Shown here: one piece after another, positions 29,160 to 40,260 of the stretch
Layout of the letters: each line of letters starts with the position of its first letter
How positions within the stretch are numbered: the stretch's first letter is position 1
Assembly (NCBI GenBank): GCA_964016885.1
Contig: OZ024743.1
Span: 150,970,001 to 151,034,000 of the forward strand
Reading direction: 5' to 3'
DNA length: 64,000 nt
From: Eledone cirrhosa
Lineage: Eukaryota
Translations under genes and position numbers: made by a program
Notes under the pieces: generated by a model
What the model was told of the DNA's origin: nothing
What the model saw: the letters and a program-made list of their open reading frames with translations, nothing else
The model's database searches: none

Positions 29160-31473
29160 ACAAATATGCGAAAATATTTGTCCTTCTTTAACCAAAACCA
29201 ATAAGCACTAATTATGGAAAAATAAATATTGAAAAATATTATTCAAGATATGGAAAACACTAACAATGACTATTAAGATGTTTCATTCAACTTCAGAATT
29301 CTAAAATAAACCTTTCTTTGTATTGACTCAGAATGCTATTTTCCAAACTTAAAATAACTAGCTTTTTCTAGCTTGCACTGCTGGCATGAATTCACTGTTG
29401 GAATGATTGAAAGAACAGTATCAGCATACTACAGCCAATGAATCATGATCTCTCTCCCACTCCTCTTTACCACCATCATCAAAGACAATTTAAATTGTAG
29501 GTATAAATAAATTTTAAAGAAAATAATGATTCAGTTGAAATCCAAGTATATTAGTACCTACAAATATCAAGATATCCCCATTTTGAAGCAATTCAGAAGA
29601 TTTTTTTTAGATATATTTTTTATTCCTTCTATTTCAGTTCCAAGAAATGGGTGAACAATTTGAAATCTTATCAGCACATCAAATACTTTGCCAAATATAT
29701 AATTTATAAGATCTGAAGAGTTTGAGGGAGCTGGGCCACTGACAACAATCGTTGGCAGTTAGTCTTACTGAAATATCAAGTGATGCTCATGTAGGTGTTT
29801 GGCTATTCCAACACCCCAGCCTTGCAATCACCCAATGTAATGCCATGTCTTGGCTTGCCTCAAATATTTTTAGAAAACAACACTAGCAATCCCCGCTGTA
29901 ATGTGTAATAGTGTCTTACTGCTTTTTTCTCTTTTTCTGACTGTTATTGATTTGTTTCTTTTGTAAATCATAAGCATTATATAAAGTGTATATGATCTTG
30001 TAACAAATTACCTATTGAAGGAAAGTGAGAAAAATAATAGCATCTAAGTTTTTGTAGAATACTGCATCGAAATTTAAATGAACAACATAGAAACTGAAAA
30101 TTATTTTATCAAATTATTATATGTGATTATAGCACTATAAAAGGAGCAAAATGTATGGTGCACAGAATCAAAATTACTAAAAACATACACAAAAGAGTAT
30201 TGTAGTTATCAACACGAAGTTGATCATTCCAAGAAAATTTTGGAATAAGCAAATAATTTCTGAATCATAGGTAGATGCGAAATTGAACTCATTTTTTTTT
30301 TTTAATCATTACTAAAAAAAAAAATAAGAAAAGAAAACGAAATATATTCGTTTGTCTACTTAAAACATCAGGGTAACGCTAAAAGATGAATAACAACGAT
30401 AACGAGTTTTCAATTCAAGCGAGGTAATAAAGTATTTTGTTTTACAAAGTTACTTCCCTTTTTTAAGCTTGCATTTCATTTTGCATGTATAGTTTTGAGT
30501 TTTTACGATCTCCAACAGAAGTTTAAAAATAAAATTTTCCGAAGAGCCATAAATGTTTTAATGCATATACAATGGTAATTTGCTTTAATGCAAACGAAAT
30601 TTGTGAACTGTATTTATAAATTCAGACTACCCTTTCACAGTTTCTAACAATGAACTGACACGACCATACTGGGTCACTAAAATTATCACCTATCTTCATT
30701 GGTGCTTCTTTTTTTTAATGGAAAATTTGTGCTATATATTTTGTACATATAATTTAACCCGCTTAACCCTCTTATGGTAAAAATCAAAAAAGTAAAAATG
30801 CAAATATCTAAAAATTGTGTAGAAGGTTACAAATCAAGATCACATTATAGCTCAATAAAACAAGTAAAAAAAAAAACTTATGGGCTCTTTGGTATATTCT
30901 AGAATGAAGTCTTTAAGAAGTAGTATTTAAAAATCTACAACTTATAAGGAGAGTACTATCTATAGATACAGAATTACACATAAATACAGAAATGACATGT
31001 AAAAATACAAAATAACATTCATATCTAGACAAGCATCATATTCCAATATGAAAGTTGGTTGAGTTAGATGAAAAGCCCAGTTTAAAAATATAATTCTATA
31101 ATTATATTGGCTTTTATTATACTATATTATAATACCAGAAAAAAAATTTTTTTTTCAATAAATATATACAAGTTGGTGTATTTTTCATCTAGTAAAAAAT
31201 CACTGGAATGCCTTACAGCATCTTCTGTGACATAATACTCCTTTGTGTTAAAATTTATGTTGGGATCAAGTTTGATTTTCCACTTTATACTTGAAGGTCA
31301 ATATAATATGTACCAACAGTACACTGAGGATGATTTGACTGGATCTATTGGCTCACTTCGGAAACCGACTTTGTATCTATAGATTCTCTATTTTTATTTT
31401 TCAAGGTTCATTGCCATTCAGTATAGCAGTTCTAAAACATAATTTATAAAATTCACTTTTTATATATAAATGT

Positions 31474-31745
31474 TTCTTCTTTTCCTCTTCCCCCTGAGAG
31501 GGTCGTTGGGGCAGAGTCCACTCCTTCCAGCGGGTCCAGTCAAAAGCAACCATTTCCAACTGATCCAGGTGGGTCCCCAAGCGAGACCAGCTGAGCTCAT
31601 GGATATTATTCAACCATCTTACTTAGGATCTACCCTTGGGTCTCCTGCTGTTTAATTTTGCCCATAAAATCTGTCCAACGATTCTTTCCTGAGACATTCT
31701 AACCACATATCCATAATATTGAAGCTGTGATCTCTCAATTCAGAG
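31474..31745 (-). mobile_element. RTE-type LINE 3' fragment with (GAA)n-like tail
   Basis: GRPKGRSK..WLNNI..LEMVAFDWTRWK followed by a GAAGAGGAAAAGAAGAA tail on the minus strand. Confidence 0.65.
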
Positions 31746-33944
31746 ATCTCTCAATCATATAAATACATTTCTTTTCATGAATTTATCATGAAATTTCATC
31801 ATTATGCAACCTTTTGTGTTATAAAGTTATTTATCAATAATGTTTACATTAGGCTCTTTACATACACATTACAAGCATTATTTTCTAAATCACTGGAACG
31901 TAAGCAATTGATACTAATTCATCCTGTTCAGTCTTCAATACTTCTTTAATATTTCATACCTTTCATCATCTCAATACATTTCAAATTTTTAGAAAAATCT
32001 TGAATGATGTTTTTCAAACTACTGGTTTATCATATCTTTTTTTTTATTTTTCTATTTCATTCTGCAACTAAATTTTCCATCTATATATATTTTTCTTTGC
32101 TCATTAATCACTATATCTAGCTCCTTATGTCACCATCATACATACTGACAATCTGACAGAAGTGTTATTTCCAACTGTAATGAACTCAATTGTTGCCTTT
32201 ACAAAATAGCATGACATGTTTACCAACTCTATTTCGAAGTAAGGAATAGATTATATAGCTAAGTTAAAGGCCAAACTCATTAAATGATATCTTACTCATA
32301 TTTAACTTTATTTTATTTTTATTATAAGCTTGTTTCCAATTCCCATACATATTGTTCTGATCTTTCTATATTTCTGAGAGAATTTATTAGAAGAGCTAAA
32401 ACATTTTATCATACTATTAACACTAACATTTGTATGCTTTTTTTCTTTTAAACTTCCATAATATTCTGATCGCTATTTTCTCAAACTGTCTTCAAAACAG
32501 TGATGTAGTGCATTAGAATAGCTTCTGTGACATGAATGTAGTAGATAAGATTATTGTAACTTAATTAGAAACTTTGCAATAAATGATAACATATTCAATC
32601 CTACCTGAAAAGGAAATGTGTATAGGAAAAAGGTTTCAATGATATTAAAAGCCCAATCAGTCTTTAATATTGTTTTCTATTTTTTACTGTTTTCTTCTAT
32701 ACTGGTGAATCGCATGAATTATGGAAACTGTTTCTCCCAACTCATTTTTACCTCAATTGGTTCTTTTAACTAATTTTGCCTTGATCATCATGAGCTATAA
32801 AATTAGAATCATTCTTCCTTTATATTTGTATGTAGCAACCAACACTTAACTAGCATGAATGACAGGGCAGATCAATACTTAACTAGCAATGATTAGAAGT
32901 TAAAAGCATCCAAGCAAACTGTAACTGCTCAGTGCTGATTATAACATAAGAGCAGCTTCATAACTAACTAGCACTGATTAGAATAAATAATAATGAAATT
33001 ATTGTGTACAGTGCTCAGGTGCACTACAACATAAAGAACATCCCACAAGAACTAAATAGTTTATACTTTCAATTGTACAGGTGCATTTGCAACACTTAAT
33101 ATACCTAAAACCCCACTATAATTTGGATTATAGTACTAAATTCTTATCTATTTTCTTAGCGTGGTCACTTTTTGATAGCTTCTGGTATATTGTAATCATA
33201 ATCACTGATAAATAATGTTGATACAAATATGTCTGATTTAATTTCTTTCACTCAACCCCAAGAAAAGGGAGTAATGAACAAGAAATTAATTGTTTGCCTT
33301 AAAAAATGCAATGATAAAAAAAATTAATGCTAATGGTGAAAATATTCTTGACCTGTTCAATTCACTGTATACTCAATCTACCCTCAAAAGCCATACTTAT
33401 TTTCTTCACCATCCATCATAATACTGAACATAAGATAAACATCAAGTATTAAAGCTGTCATAGCTGTTTCATACATGCATTCATAAATAAAGATATTTAA
33501 ACTAACCTTATCAGTAGATGTTTTATCAAGTATATATGTAGCTGCTGCTATAAGGCTGACTACTAAGAATATCTTATTATTTGCAACTGATAAAAATTTT
33601 TCTCTGAAAAATAGAATATATACATGTTTCTGCCATAAAAGTTAAGTAATTAATTTTTTTTTTTTAATAACCAAAGAAAAAAAATTAGATGAAACATTAA
33701 ACAGTTGAAAATTCAAGTGGGACATAGGAAAGTAAGGGTGTGGTTGGGGACATTGGAAGGTAAGGGGTAATGAAGAGGCTAAGAGGCAAAGAAAACAAAT
33801 TAGTTGCTTGTAAAACGGTCATCTGTATTAAGCGCAATGATCATGTGAACTCATTTAATGAAGAATATAAAAACTGAATAATAATAATAATACATATATT
33901 TATAATAATACATATTTTTTATAAATATAATTATGCAGAACCAA

Positions 33945-34720
33945 AGAAGAATGTTAGCAATAAAGTATTGAATATTTAAAATATGGCTTTACTCCATCAC
34001 CTATAAACAAGCTATTACCAATGAGTCTGATTTGCCAAAAAGTGTTTTCCAATGCATCTATGAAACTTTCAGGATTAGAAGGGCACTTGACAAAAATTTC
34101 TGCTGACAAGACAAATAATGATTTATTTAATCTTAAAGCACTTCGAGACCAGCCAGCATTGTCAAATATGTTTCCATTCACATCATTGCAAGAAAATGAT
34201 GCATTGTATGCTTCTTACAAAATTCCATTACGGATTTTCAAATCCAGATAGCTACATACTATTGGTGAAAAATTGATGCTACCTGCTATTGCACAAGCCA
34301 GCAGCTGACATAATCAATAAAATCCTTTGGGCAAATAACATAATACAACAAATTGCCAAATTAGGCAAAGATGTAGAAGAGATATGAATTTTCTCAGGAC
34401 TGCCTAGTTTTCCTTACATCTGAACAAATCAACTGGTAGGTTACAATCAGTTTATAAAAGAGAAAATAACTAAAAAGTTATTATTTTTCCTTCAATTGGG
34501 TGCTGACACTATAATAACTTTTGTTATGAAAGATTTTTCTAAAGAAAATATAACAGTCACAACTGATGGAATCTTATTGACAGTGGACTACCACTGTTGA
34601 TTCATTGCACACTTGAAAAATCACTGCTATATGTATTGGCAGTGCATTTTATTATATTATTGTTAACAGGGGAAGTCATTGGAAAAAGCTGGAAGAAACA
34701 TTGGTTTATGCTTTTGATCT
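33945..34720 (+). pseudogene. hAT (Buster/Charlie-like) transposase remnant
   Basis: EYLKYGF..LPMSLICQKVFSNASMKLSGLEGHL..LYASYKI..HTIGEKLMLPA is the BED-finger N-terminus of Buster/ZBED5-type proteins. Confidence 0.75.
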
Positions 34721-35528
34721 TTGAAAATATGCAATTATTCAAAAATCCTGTAAAGTAGTTGGTGCTAAATGGGGCATTCAGTAATGAAACAATAACAAAA
34801 ATCGACTGTATGAACAAGACATGGACCTCTGACCTGTCTAGAAGGGTAGTAACTCAAAATAAGAATTAGGTCCGACTGTAATGACCCAAACAACTAATAC
34901 CAGCCTAGAAAGAAGACATGAAATGATGACATTGGCAGCAATGATGATAGTGGTAATGATATCTTCCCAAACTCTACACAAAAACTCTGACATATTAACC
35001 CTTTGAAATTGTTATAAAAAAAAGTTATTTAATGATATATTTTTGTAAAAATATTAAAAGGAAGAACTTATCACTGAGTTTTTTTTTTTTCCTTTTACAA
35101 TCTAAATAATATCTTTAATGGAAAGTTGAACATTTTTTTTATATTATAATTCAGCATCTCCATGTTTACTTATATCCAACAGGTTGTCTAAATTATGTAT
35201 CACTACTATCTAATTTATCTTGTATATTTTCACAGAAACAACAGATATTTTATCAAAGAAATGTTATATTCTGAAATGTATTGATTATTTTGAATGACTA
35301 TTTTAAAAAAGCATACAATCATTTTTAAATGGTCCTTAAGAATATTGTTAATCAGACCCACACTTTTTAATTCTGGGGTTTTTTCAAGTTAACATAAGAT
35401 TCTCTTTCTTTATATTGATAACATAATTTGCAAAACAAATAGATAAATGTGATATATATATATATATAGTGGAATCGTTTATATGAAGCATTATGAGATA
35501 TATAATGAAGAAAGACTTGTGAAAGACG

Positions 35529-35797
35529 GTACAATGCAAATAGGAAATATAATGGTAGAACTAGGGTAGGGTAGGGTAAAATAAAAATGACAAAACAAAA
35601 TAATAGTTCTTATACTATATATTTCAAGGTTAAAAGTTCTTTTAAAATGATGAATGAAGAAAAATCAGAACTCCTTTTGAAAGCAAAAACAAGGTTTTAA
35701 CCGTGAAATATATAGGGTAAAAATTATTGTTTTGTCTTGTCATTCTTATTTTACCCTATTCTAGTTCCTCCATTATATTTCCTATTTGCATTGTAAC
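35529..35797. repeat. Diverged inverted repeat (about 110-bp arms, about 45-bp spacer)
   Basis: tacaatgcaaataggaaatataatgg... pairs with ...ccattatatttcctatttgcattgta. Confidence 0.8.
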
Positions 35798-35968
35798 AGT
35801 TTTCCCAATACTTTCTGAATTACAGATATTTCAGCTAATCCACCACCATGCTTATTAATAAAAGCAGACACCTAAAATTGACAGAATATATATTTCCAAT
35901 AATAGCCAATTCACTGTTGATTTTTATAATATTAGTTTTAAGAAAGAAATGTACACACACATTGTGCA

Positions 35969-37685
35969 TATCATCATCAGGTTTAGCGTCCGTGTTCCAC
36001 GCTTGCATGGGTTTGGACGGGGGTTTTCCCACTTGAGGCAAGAGTGGTTGTCTTGCTCGCATAGGACTGTCTGGCGGGTTTTCTACAGTTGGATGCCCTT
36101 CCTAACACCAACCACATTTACAGTGTGGGGCTGGGAGGTTTTTACCGTGTTGCCTACACGGCCACATTACAGCGTGGACTGTCTGGCGGGTTTTCTACAG
36201 CTGGATGCCCTTCCTAACACCAACCACATTTACAGTGTGGGGCTGGGAGGTTTTTACCGTGTTGCCTACACGGCCACATTTACAGCGTGGACTGTGTGTT
36301 TTTTGTCGTGACACCTACACGATCTCATTTGTTTCGGCCTGGATGTTGTGGGACCAACATAACTTTACATTGAAAGGGGCGGTGTGGAGGGACGGGGGTG
36401 TGTTTTGATAGAGGTGCCTACTGACTGTAGTAGGGTTTTTACTTTGTATTTAGGTAAGGCGGGTCTTCTCTATTACTGAGTACCGCCAAAGGTCTCGGTC
36501 CAGTGACATTGTCTTGGAGAGGTGTAAGCGTGTGAGGTCGGAATTTATCAGCTCGTCCCATGTTTTTCTGGGTCTGCCTACTCCGTGGCTACCGTCTATC
36601 TTTATTGCCCTGCACTTTGTTATACAGCTGTCGTCTTTCATGCGCATCACGTGACCGTACCAACGTAGCCTTCTCTCGAGTAAACAACATCTGATCCCTC
36701 TTATTTCTAATTTTTTCCTTAGTTCGTTTATGCTTTGCCGTTCACGTATATTACTATTGCACATCCAGCGGAGCATGCAAGCTTCGTTCCTCTCTAGTCT
36801 GCGTATATCCTCTGCACACAATGCCCAGGTCTCACTGCCATGCAGCATTGCTGTTCGTATGCAGGCATCGTATAACCTGCCTTTCATTTTTAGGGAGAAC
36901 CCTCTAGCGGCTAATAGTGGTATAAGCTCTCTGAACTTTTTCCATCCAGTTCTGACTCTAGCTACTGTACTTTCAGAGCACCCTCCCCCACTGCTGATTT
37001 TGTCACCCAGATAACGGAAGCTGTCCACTATTTCTATAGAACCCTCTGCGCAGTTGAAGGAGCTAGTATTTTGTGGGCACTTGCTGCTACTTATTGTACC
37101 AGAGCACCGGCCACATGTAAAATCTATGTTCTTAGTTAGCTTACCTGTGATCCCACTACATCTTTTATGCACCCATACTTTGCATTTGGGACATAAAATG
37201 GAGTTTCTACCTACGCCTTTCCTACACACTGAGCATGGCCATTTCCCCGATGGGACCGCCGCCTTATTTTCTTTCCTACAAACTAGAACTTTAGTCTTAG
37301 CCAGGTTAATTTTAAGGCCTTTTGATTCTAGGCCGTGCTTCCACGTTTGGAATTTCTTCTCTAGTTCGGTCATTGATTCAGCTATGAGCGTTAGATCATC
37401 TGCGTATAGGAGTTCCCATGGGCAGCCGGTCTTGAACTCCTCTGTTATAGCCTGAAGGGCAATAATAAATAGTAGGGGGCTAAGTACAGAGCCCTGATGG
37501 ACACCAACTTTTACGCTAAACTCTTCACTATATTCGTTGTTAATTCTAACCTTACTGACTGTTTCTTTATACATGGCTTGTATAGCTCTCACAAGCCATT
37601 CGTCAACACCTAGTTTTCTAAGAGACCACCAGATAATGGAACGGGGGACTCTGTCGAAGGCTTTCTCCAAGTCGACAAAAGCTAA
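35969..37685 (-). mobile_element. Young RTE LINE, 5'-truncated; near-identical to 40261-42005
   Basis: Intact 406-aa RT C-terminal half (YADD, PHD finger), duplicated 3'UTR unit and (CAT)n on the plus strand. Confidence 0.95.
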
Positions 37686-37890
37686 AAAAGTTTAACCCCG
37701 ACAACAGAGCTCAAGCCATTTCGACGGCTATTTCTGGACTAAATTCAATTTAATTCAGAAATAGCCGTCGAAATAGCTTGAGCTCTGCCGTCGGGGTTAA
37801 ACTTTTTCCCATTACCCACTCTACTACCCTAAGTATTGAGTACTCTGGTGCGTTATGGTCCATCTGGTTCCTTACTACACCTCCTTCGTT
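37685..37890 (+). mobile_element. Hairpin-headed short repeat, probable PLE pseudo-LTR (copy 1)
   Basis: Arms of about 52 bp (37685-37736 and 37756-37807), then an 83-bp tail shared with 44559-44752. Confidence 0.6.
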
Positions 37891-37906
37891 ATATATATAT
37901 ATATAT

Positions 37907-39030
37907 AAAGTTCCAAACATGGAAGCATGGCCTTGAATCAAAAGGCCTTAGAGTCAACTTGCCTAAGACTAAGGTTCTAGTATGTAGAAAAGAGAATAGG
38001 GCACAGGTACCCTCTGGGAAATGGCCATGCTCAAGAAAGGGGTAGGCAGAAACTCCGTTCTATGTGCCAAATGCAAATTATGGGTACATAAAAGATGTAG
38101 TGGGATCAGCGGTAAGCTATCTAAGAATGTAGATGTTTTATGTGGCCGATGCTCGGTGCAGTAAGTAGCAAGGACCCACTGGATGATATCTCCTTCAACT
38201 GCCCAGATGGTTCTATAGAAATAGTAGGCACCTTCCATTACCTGGGTGACAAAATCAGCAGTGGAGCAGGGTGCTGTGACAGTGTAGTAGCCAGAGTTAG
38301 AATTGGATGGAAAAAGTTCAGAGAGCTAATACCGCTGTTGGCCACAAGGGGCTTTTCTCTAAAAATGAAAAGTAGATTGTATGATGCATGTATATGAACG
38401 GCGATATTACATGGTAGTGAGACTTGGGCATTGTGTGCTGAAGACCTGCGAAGCATAAACAAACTAAGAGGGAAACTAAGTATAAGAGGTATCAAATGTT
38501 GTGTTCTGGAAAGGAGATTGTGTTGGTATGGACATGTGATGCGTATGAAGGACGACAGCTATATAAAAAGGTGCAGGGCAATGAAAATTGATGGAAGCTG
38601 TGGAGTGGGTAGACCAAGAAAAACTTAGGATGAGGTGATAAAAACTGACCTTGCCCACCTACACCTCTCTAAGACAATGACACTGGATCGAGACCCTTGG
38701 CGCCATGCAGTTGTACAGAAGACCCGACTGCCATTGCACACAAACCTACAGGTAGTAGGCACCTCTTAACTCAATGTAGACCCCACCGCCATACTCCCTC
38801 TCCTGTGCCGTCAACTGTGTCGATAACACAACAGTCCACACTGTAAGATGGCCATGTAGAAGACACGGTGACAAGGCTCCCAGTCCACACTGTAAATGTG
38901 GTTGGTGTTATGAAGGGCATCCAGATGTAAAACAAACCTGCCAGAGATGTTTCTGTGAGCAAGACATGGTCTCCTGACAAGTCCCGCATCAAATGGAACA
39001 AAACCGTCTAATCCATGCTAGCATGGAATA
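37907..39030 (+). mobile_element. Decayed RTE LINE 3' part
   Basis: KFQTWKHGLESKGLRVNL, GWKKFRELIPLL and GRPRKT, with frameshifts. Confidence 0.9.
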
Positions 39031-39610
39031 ATAAAGAAGAAATCAGTGTATTTGAATATATATTTACAATAATACAATTGTAAGAAATTGTCTCGATAAC
39101 GGTATCCACATATGCATGTTTGTATAATTATATAGGTGCAATGACATAAGAAGATCTGAGAGTAAAGTTGTTAGAAGATCGATTCTTACCATCAATATAC
39201 ATACATAATATATACATATATAGATGCATTGCCAAAGAAAAATCAGATAGCAAGTCAAAGAACTTACATAGATGGTAAAATTCTGATTATTTCCAAATCA
39301 GATAGCAAGTAAAAAAACTTACTTCAATATGGTAAAATTCTGAAATTTCAATATTTCTATAGAGCTGTTTCATCACACTGCAAAACATGCTTCAATTTTT
39401 ATCCCCTGCTTCCCTCATTGCTTGTCATATAGCTTCCCTCCTGGCCTCTATGTACTGTACCCTGCTTCCTCTGTTCTTCCATGCCTGACTCTTGGCCTTA
39501 ACTGTCAGATCTACCTTACTGTTCCACCATCAAGTCACTCTCTTCTCTGAAGCCCTGTTCCATCCACAGGATTATCTTTCAGGAACTCCCAATGCTCTTA
39601 TACACACACA

Positions 39611-39644
<34 letters not shown>

Positions 39645-39710
39645 TGTGTATGTGTGTGTGTGTGCGTGTGTGTGTGTGTCTGTGTGTGTATATATATATA
39701 GAGAGAGAGA

Positions 39711-39920
39711 GTGAAGGCATGTGGCTGAGTGGTTAGAGAAATTGATTTGCAATCGTGAGGTTGTGCGTTCGATTCCTGGACCAGGCAATGCATTATATGC
39801 TTGAGTAAGAGACTTTATTTCATGTTGTTCCTTCTGCCTGGATTTGTGACCGGTAGATAGTATTAGCAATTCGAAAGACAAATGGAAACATTGTTTCCTC
39901 AGTTAAATTTGACGAGCTCC
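39711..39920 (+). mobile_element. tRNA-derived SINE
   Basis: A box tggctgagtggttag and B box gttcgattcc; homologous to 53097-53313 (minus). Confidence 0.8.
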
Positions 39921-40260
39921 ACCCCACTCGTTAAGTGAGTGAGACATTATGAAAGGTCAGGATAATTACAGAACATAATATAATATAAGATTTAAAATAT
40001 TAACCAAAGATATCCACTAAAGCAACAACATTTATTTTCAATATATGTTTTGATTAGTGCAGATAACATTACAATTAATTGACATTTAACATTAAAGACA
40101 ATTGCATTATTGATGTAAACACTAATAACACATCAGCTTATCTGCACCATCTCATCAGGAAAACAAAGATTATCAAAATGGATGTGTCAATTTATATTGA
40201 GAGCAATATCGGACAGTCACCCGAATAAACAGTAGAAACACGTTTTCTGAAAGGGCAAAC

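Noticed and set aside
30763-32600. Possible piggyBac remnant on the minus strand (TTAACCC end at 30763; GVLCHRRCCKAFQ resembling the Cys-rich tail)
   Set aside because: Too decayed; no catalytic motifs or partner TIR could be identified.
36060-36295. Repeated units resembling a CRISPR array
   Set aside because: Whole-unit tandem duplication in a LINE 3'UTR, with no unique spacers and no cas genes; eukaryotic context.
39711-39790. tRNA gene (also 53240-53313 and 46900-46972)
   Set aside because: A and B boxes continue into SINE body sequence; these are SINE heads, not tRNA genes.
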